56,344 bases of DNA from a virus. Its lineage: Duplodnaviria; Caudoviricetes. Under the pieces are notes generated by a model, which was not told the origin of the DNA, did no database searches, and saw only the letters and a program-made list of their open reading frames with translations. How positions within the stretch are numbered: the first letter of the stretch is position 1; every line of letters starts with the position of its first letter. A program made the translations under genes and the position numbers. This document shows positions 52,189 to 56,344 of the stretch, piece after piece. Location of the stretch: the IMG/VR virus record IMGVR_UViG_3300036790_000300, positions 1-56,344 of that record, one strand, 5' to 3'.

Positions 52189-53486
52189 CGCGGTTGCTCC
52201 TTGTCTTGTTTCTGTCCTGCGGTGTTGAGCACATCCACATACAGGCCGTAGGTGGTTGTGCGCTTGTTCTTGCGCTGGCAATATTCGAAAAACTCGTCGA
52301 GAAGGCCTAGGGTGGCGAAGAACTCCGCGCCGCCCATCTTGAAGCTGGCAATGTGCTGGATGTAGTTCAAGACCTGATCCCAGTCGTCTCTGGCAACCTG
52401 CACGAACGCATTCGTCGGGTCCAGGAACGGGGCGTTCTGCACTACCGTCAGCAGCACGGAATTGGAGCCTGGGGGAGAGACGTTGAACGCATCGATCCCA
52501 TCCGTGACCACAGCGGGGATAGCACCGGTGTTCTCCTGCCAGCCAATCGACCAGCGGTCCTTCTTCTCAAGTGACGGAGTATCTGCTACCGCTCCGCCGA
52601 TGAGCGCCTGCACGAACCAGTTGGACTTGCGCATCATGTCCAGGCCGTCCTGGTAGCGCTTGGCGCAATACTCTGCTCTCTGCCTATCAGTCGATTCTGT
52701 CTCTTCGCTCAGCAGGTCTGCCAGCGCCCCGTACATCGGGATAAAGCTCCAGTCATCCGGCATGCCGAGAAGCGAGGGATTCGTTCCAAACTGCGGTCCC
52801 GACTGGAGAACGAGAACGTCATACTGACCGGGAGTGTTCGGTGCCACGTCCACATCGAATGACAATGGCGGCTCGCTGGCCACGCTCCATTGAATGGGAG
52901 TGCCAACGTCCTGCAAGTAGTCGGAGTTGAAGTAGTGGAACGCCTGCGTATCGGAGCGCTTCATGTAGGAAATGACAACGCCCGAGTTGAACGTTTGCAG
53001 GAAGCGGATGCGACGGATCTCGAGAACCGTATCTGCGAGCGCTGTTCTGCGCGTACCCGGAGTCGTGTTGATCGGAGCGAGATTCACCGTGTTGCACCCG
53101 GCAACCTGGATCACCTCGTTGCGGCGCACCGACAGCGCGGTCTGCAATTTCTCGACGTCGAACTGGTTCGTGCCTGTCCAAGATCCGATACCTACGGCCG
53201 GCTCGAGCAGCATGTACTCCATCTGCGTGCAGAGTTGGGCGTCGGTCACGGTTCGAAGTCTGGGAGAGTCTGTGATCAGGCCGAGGTTCTGCCACACCGA
53301 TCCCGCCGCGGTAAAGGTGAACTCCGCCTTCCAGCTTTCCGTGAGCGCGTTCAGCAGGCGCAGCCCTTCGAGCAGATAGCCCTGGACTTCGGCGACGGAC
53401 CAAAAGACTCCCCCATCGTTCAGCCGATCCTGGATCTGCTGAACCGCGGTCGCCAGCGGGAGCCAACTGTAGGGCGTCGGCGGCAT
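52185..53486 (-). CDS. Head-tail adaptor/connector protein
   Basis: 433 aa; N-terminal helical IQDRLND...FWSVAEVQGYLLEG adaptor-like motif; position. Confidence 0.55.
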   Translation of the reverse strand: MPPTPYSWLPLATAVQQIQDRLNDGGVFWSVAEVQGYLLEGLRLLNALTESWKAEFTFTAAGSVWQNLGLITDSPRLRTVTDAQLCTQMEYMLLEPAVGIGSWTGTNQFDVEKLQTALSVRRNEVIQVAGCNTVNLAPINTTPGTRRTALADTVLEIRRIRFLQTFNSGVVISYMKRSDTQAFHYFNSDYLQDVGTPIQWSVASEPPLSFDVDVAPNTPGQYDVLVLQSGPQFGTNPSLLGMPDDWSFIPMYGALADLLSEETESTDRQRAEYCAKRYQDGLDMMRKSNWFVQALIGGAVADTPSLEKKDRWSIGWQENTGAIPAVVTDGIDAFNVSPPGSNSVLLTVVQNAPFLDPTNAFVQVARDDWDQVLNYIQHIASFKMGGAEFFATLGLLDEFFEYCQRKNKRTTTYGLYVDVLNTAGQKQDKEQPR

Positions 53487-53779
53487 TAGGGGATAACCAT
53501 CAAATCCAGCGTGTCGCCGACGGTGCCGTTCACGTAGAACTCGCTGAGGTCGCCGGAGAATTGGAGCTGATTCGAGATGTTCCCTACACTTCCGGTCGGA
53601 AACAGCAGCAGCCCTTTCGTGGTCGAAATGGTTGCGTCGCCAAATCGCATATTGTTCGCGCCGGTATTCTGCGGAATCAGGCCTTGAAACGGGTGCGTCG
53701 ATTGTGACGGCACGACCGCGGGAGGAAGTATTGGCTGGTTCACCCCGGTTGCCGCAATTGTTACCTGCAATGAATACAT
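53486..53779 (-). CDS. Small virion structural protein
   Basis: 97 aa beta-rich, AAGGAG RBS. Confidence 0.5.
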   Translation of the reverse strand: MYSLQVTIAATGVNQPILPPAVVPSQSTHPFQGLIPQNTGANNMRFGDATISTTKGLLLFPTGSVGNISNQLQFSGDLSEFYVNGTVGDTLDLMVIP

Positions 53780-53788
53780 GATTTCTCC

Positions 53789-55057
53789 TTAATCGTTCGA
53801 GGGATAGCCGCCGACATTCAATCCGCCAAGCTGGTTGGAATACGGAGCATTTGAAATTGGAATTGCGCGACCGGGGAGTCTGGTAAATGCTTCGTTATTC
53901 AAATTGATGTCAATTGCAATGAGCTTGTCCAGAATTCTGGCGTATTCCTTCGTCGCGTATTGCGCCAGCATCAGCCAATTCGCTCCTGATCCGCGCGCTT
54001 CCTGCTTATCCCTCTGCGCTTCTTTGAATTGGTAGAGGACTTCCTTCGTCCTGAATCCCAAAAGTTCCTGCGTCAGCGGGGCTGGCAATTCGAATGTTTG
54101 GAAATCCTGATACGTCTCTGGAATGAATCCTCGCCTGCGGAAGCTGAACGAGTATGGGAGGTAGTCCAGTTGCGCAGGCCACAATTCGAACATCTGGTAT
54201 CCCGGCGTCGAGGTGTTCGGCCTCTGATCCACGCCGGCTGCAACGCAGAAAGTGGGATTTGCGAATTCCGTCCGCTGCGGGTCTCGGATGGCCAGTTCCG
54301 CTTGGGTCATGGTCCAGAAATCGATCATGGCGGAGTTGGTCGTGTCTCGAATCTCAATGAACTTGTGGAAGTCCTTCACCGGCGCGACCTGGTACGCCTG
54401 GTAGATCATGAACGGCTGCCCCGGGCCGGAAGTGGGCTCGAGCCATGGACGGTCGAGTGTCAGGACGATATTCTGAAAAGCTTTGAAGGTCGCCGGGGTG
54501 CCACCCTCGGCAAAGATGAAGTAGGGGTTGCTGTAACCCGAGCCGGCCGCGAGCACCACCGGAGTCGCCGTCACGGTTCCGCCAGCGTTCACCACCACCT
54601 GGACTGACCCACCCGTTCCGGTTCCGCCGTTGTCCAGCACCGCCACGGTGTAGGTTCCTGGGGTCTGCCCTGAGCCGGCCGTCAGCAGGTTGACGTAGGA
54701 GACCGTCCCATCTCCGCCAACTCCGACGATGTTGTAGATCGAATAGGCTGGGTCTCGGTACTGGAGAGTGGTTAGAATGGCAGAGCCGGGCAGCGCGATG
54801 TAGCCATTAATCTGCTGCGTCGCCGCCTGGCTCCCGGTAACCGTGTTCGAGTACGGCGTTACGCTGAAGGTGCCGCTCGACGCCACCTGTCCGGGATTCA
54901 GCCAGTTCGCATAGGTGATCGTCCGCTGGAAGGACCAGTCCACCTCATCGTAGATTTTCCCCAGAGCCTCGCCCATCTTCCACATGACGAGGTCGAGGTC
55001 TGCCCCCGGAACTTCCCCGGAAATCTTGTTCGCGAGATTGTAGAGCGAGACTGCCAT
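53789..55057 (-). CDS. Head-tail adaptor-like protein with GSGY beta insert
   Basis: Helical N-terminus (KIYDEVDWSF) and C-terminus around a beta-rich insert; start 55057 with GGGAG RBS. Confidence 0.5.
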   Translation of the reverse strand: MAVSLYNLANKISGEVPGADLDLVMWKMGEALGKIYDEVDWSFQRTITYANWLNPGQVASSGTFSVTPYSNTVTGSQAATQQINGYIALPGSAILTTLQYRDPAYSIYNIVGVGGDGTVSYVNLLTAGSGQTPGTYTVAVLDNGGTGTGGSVQVVVNAGGTVTATPVVLAAGSGYSNPYFIFAEGGTPATFKAFQNIVLTLDRPWLEPTSGPGQPFMIYQAYQVAPVKDFHKFIEIRDTTNSAMIDFWTMTQAELAIRDPQRTEFANPTFCVAAGVDQRPNTSTPGYQMFELWPAQLDYLPYSFSFRRRGFIPETYQDFQTFELPAPLTQELLGFRTKEVLYQFKEAQRDKQEARGSGANWLMLAQYATKEYARILDKLIAIDINLNNEAFTRLPGRAIPISNAPYSNQLGGLNVGGYPSND

Positions 55058-55070
55058 TGACTCTCCCAAT

Positions 55071-55101
55071 GAAAAAGCCGAGCCGTATTGCCCGGCTCGG
55101 C
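55071..55101 (-). terminator. Rho-independent terminator after the capsid-associated genes
   Basis: GCCGAGCCG-ggcaata-CGGCTCGGC followed by TTTTT on the minus strand. Confidence 0.75.
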
Positions 55102-55123
55102 CATAGCCCACTACCGCAATTTC

Positions 55124-55492
55124 TTAAAGCTGCGTGATCAACGCTCCAAACTGAATCTGCTCTGCTGACAAGTTGACTCCGCCAGCCACTTCGCTGCCTG
55201 TGGATACCACGAACCAGCGCGCCGTCCAGCCGGAGACGATGGTCGCGCCCGGATTGGTTGTGCCGCCTGCCCTGATCTGACCGACTGCCGTGGGATAGAA
55301 CTCCACGCGGTAGGTCGCGCTCAGGGTCTCGGCCGACATCGGAAACGCGATCCAGTCGCCAGTGCCGGGGTTCTGCACGGGGTCGCGGGTCGTTTGGGAG
55401 TAGGAGGTCGGGCCAGCCGTTCCGAGAAGGATGGCTGGCTTGAGGTCTCCGAACTGCACCGTCTGCCCCGTAGGGACGTATTGAGTCTGCAT
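55124..55492 (-). CDS. Virion structural protein (capsid-associated)
   Basis: 122 aa beta-rich, upstream of the terminator. Confidence 0.5.
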   Translation of the reverse strand: MQTQYVPTGQTVQFGDLKPAILLGTAGPTSYSQTTRDPVQNPGTGDWIAFPMSAETLSATYRVEFYPTAVGQIRAGGTTNPGATIVSGWTARWFVVSTGSEVAGGVNLSAEQIQFGALITQL

Positions 55493-55493
55493 A

Positions 55494-56344
55494 TTAGTCG
55501 TCGACCTCTGGGATCGTCAGTTTCACCGGGAACGTCGCATTGGTGGTGTTCGTTGCGGTGGTAGCCAGCGTGAACCCCACTTCGAGGGCGCTGTATCCTG
55601 GCGCCTGAGTTACGCACTTGCCGCCCGCCGCGTTGTTGACTCCGATCACTTGCGCTCCCGGAGTGGCAGAACCGGCAGTGAGGATGTTCACCTGCGCTAC
55701 GCCGGATTCCTGAACCACGATCCATGAACCAGCGGTGATCTGCGCCTGCGTCGGAGCCGCGTAGGTAATGCCGCGGATGAGTGACACGCCAGTGGTATTC
55801 GCCAACGCTGTCGAGTCGAAGGACGATACGTAGTGGGCCGACTGGAAGAGCTGCGCCAGAACCGATCCGCCAGAGCCGCCGGTCAGTTCGGAAAGCGAGA
55901 AGGTTGGCGCGACGAGAAACGCCCCTCCGCCCTGCACGATGGTTGCGGAGATGATCGCTCCACCTGACACGACAACTTGAGCGATGGCAGGCGACTGACT
56001 TCCGATGTTGTAGGTCGAAACGCAGTTGTAGGTACCGTTTGCGTAGCCGGAGCCGGCAACCGTGACAATGGCACCTTGGACAAACGTCCCCGCTGTCCAG
56101 CCGACCACCCCGCCCTTACCGGCGATCTGCGGCAGGTTGGCCTGGATAGCGTTCGTCGCCAGCCGGCAGATGCGATATCGGCCGCCCTTAAGTTGCGTTC
56201 CGTAGGCGTTGTTCCACTGCTGCGCGTCTTCATTCGACACGTCGGCATAGTTGCCCTCGATGAAATCCGTGCCGAGGTAGATGCCGCCCGTGATCGGGTC
56301 CGACTGTGCGGTCGGGCTCGGGTAGACGGCCAGCGGGCCTTGAA
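55494..56344 (-). CDS. Capsid decoration/cement-like protein (5' end truncated at window edge)
   Basis: Frame stays open to the right edge (QGPLAVYPSPTAQSDPITGG...VSNEDAQQW); C-terminal WIVVQESGVA cement-like motif; follows the capsid gene if the genome is circular. Confidence 0.5.
   Translation of the reverse strand, partial: QGPLAVYPSPTAQSDPITGGIYLGTDFIEGNYADVSNEDAQQWNNAYGTQLKGGRYRICRLATNAIQANLPQIAGKGGVVGWTAGTFVQGAIVTVAGSGYANGTYNCVSTYNIGSQSPAIAQVVVSGGAIISATIVQGGGAFLVAPTFSLSELTGGSGGSVLAQLFQSAHYVSSFDSTALANTTGVSLIRGITYAAPTQAQITAGSWIVVQESGVAQVNILTAGSATPGAQVIGVNNAAGGKCVTQAPGYSALEVGFTLATTATNTTNATFPVKLTIPEVDD

Noticed and set aside
1-56344. Stop-codon reassignment or direct terminal repeats
   Set aside because: Core genes are full length in the standard code; the two ends share no visible repeat

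Overview
The window is an essentially complete (~56.3 kb), circularly permuted genome of a temperate dsDNA tailed phage. It has podovirus-like architecture: terminase, portal, scaffold, major capsid, adaptors, a large nozzle and ejection proteins, with no tape measure or sheath recognised. The left edge cuts the major capsid gene and the right edge cuts the gene that normally follows it, so the ends almost meet. An early region carries ERF + YqaJ exonuclease, KTSC, an SF2 helicase, a stand-alone primase Zn-binding domain, dCTP deaminase, HNH and PD-(D/E)XK nucleases, and a tyrosine integrase with a single internal attP matching the 3' half of an initiator tRNA-Met. An Acidobacteriota-like host is a guess from protein style only. 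The most unusual features are: (1) tailspike/adhesin-type proteins with Sec-type signal peptides and Cys pairs; (2) a five-enzyme glycan-tailoring operon (GT4, methyltransferase, radical SAM/SPASM, GT92-like, GT2-like); (3) an overlapping bidirectional promoter making a ~120-nt structured RNA with a 12-nt segment complementary to the predicted 5' end of the divergent transcript; (4) a 13-bp motif YGACATCCYGTCR found seven times, plus a second palindrome; (5) small Lys-rich peptides, two ending in KRYGK. All functional calls come from motif recognition and gene context by eye; no database searches were run.
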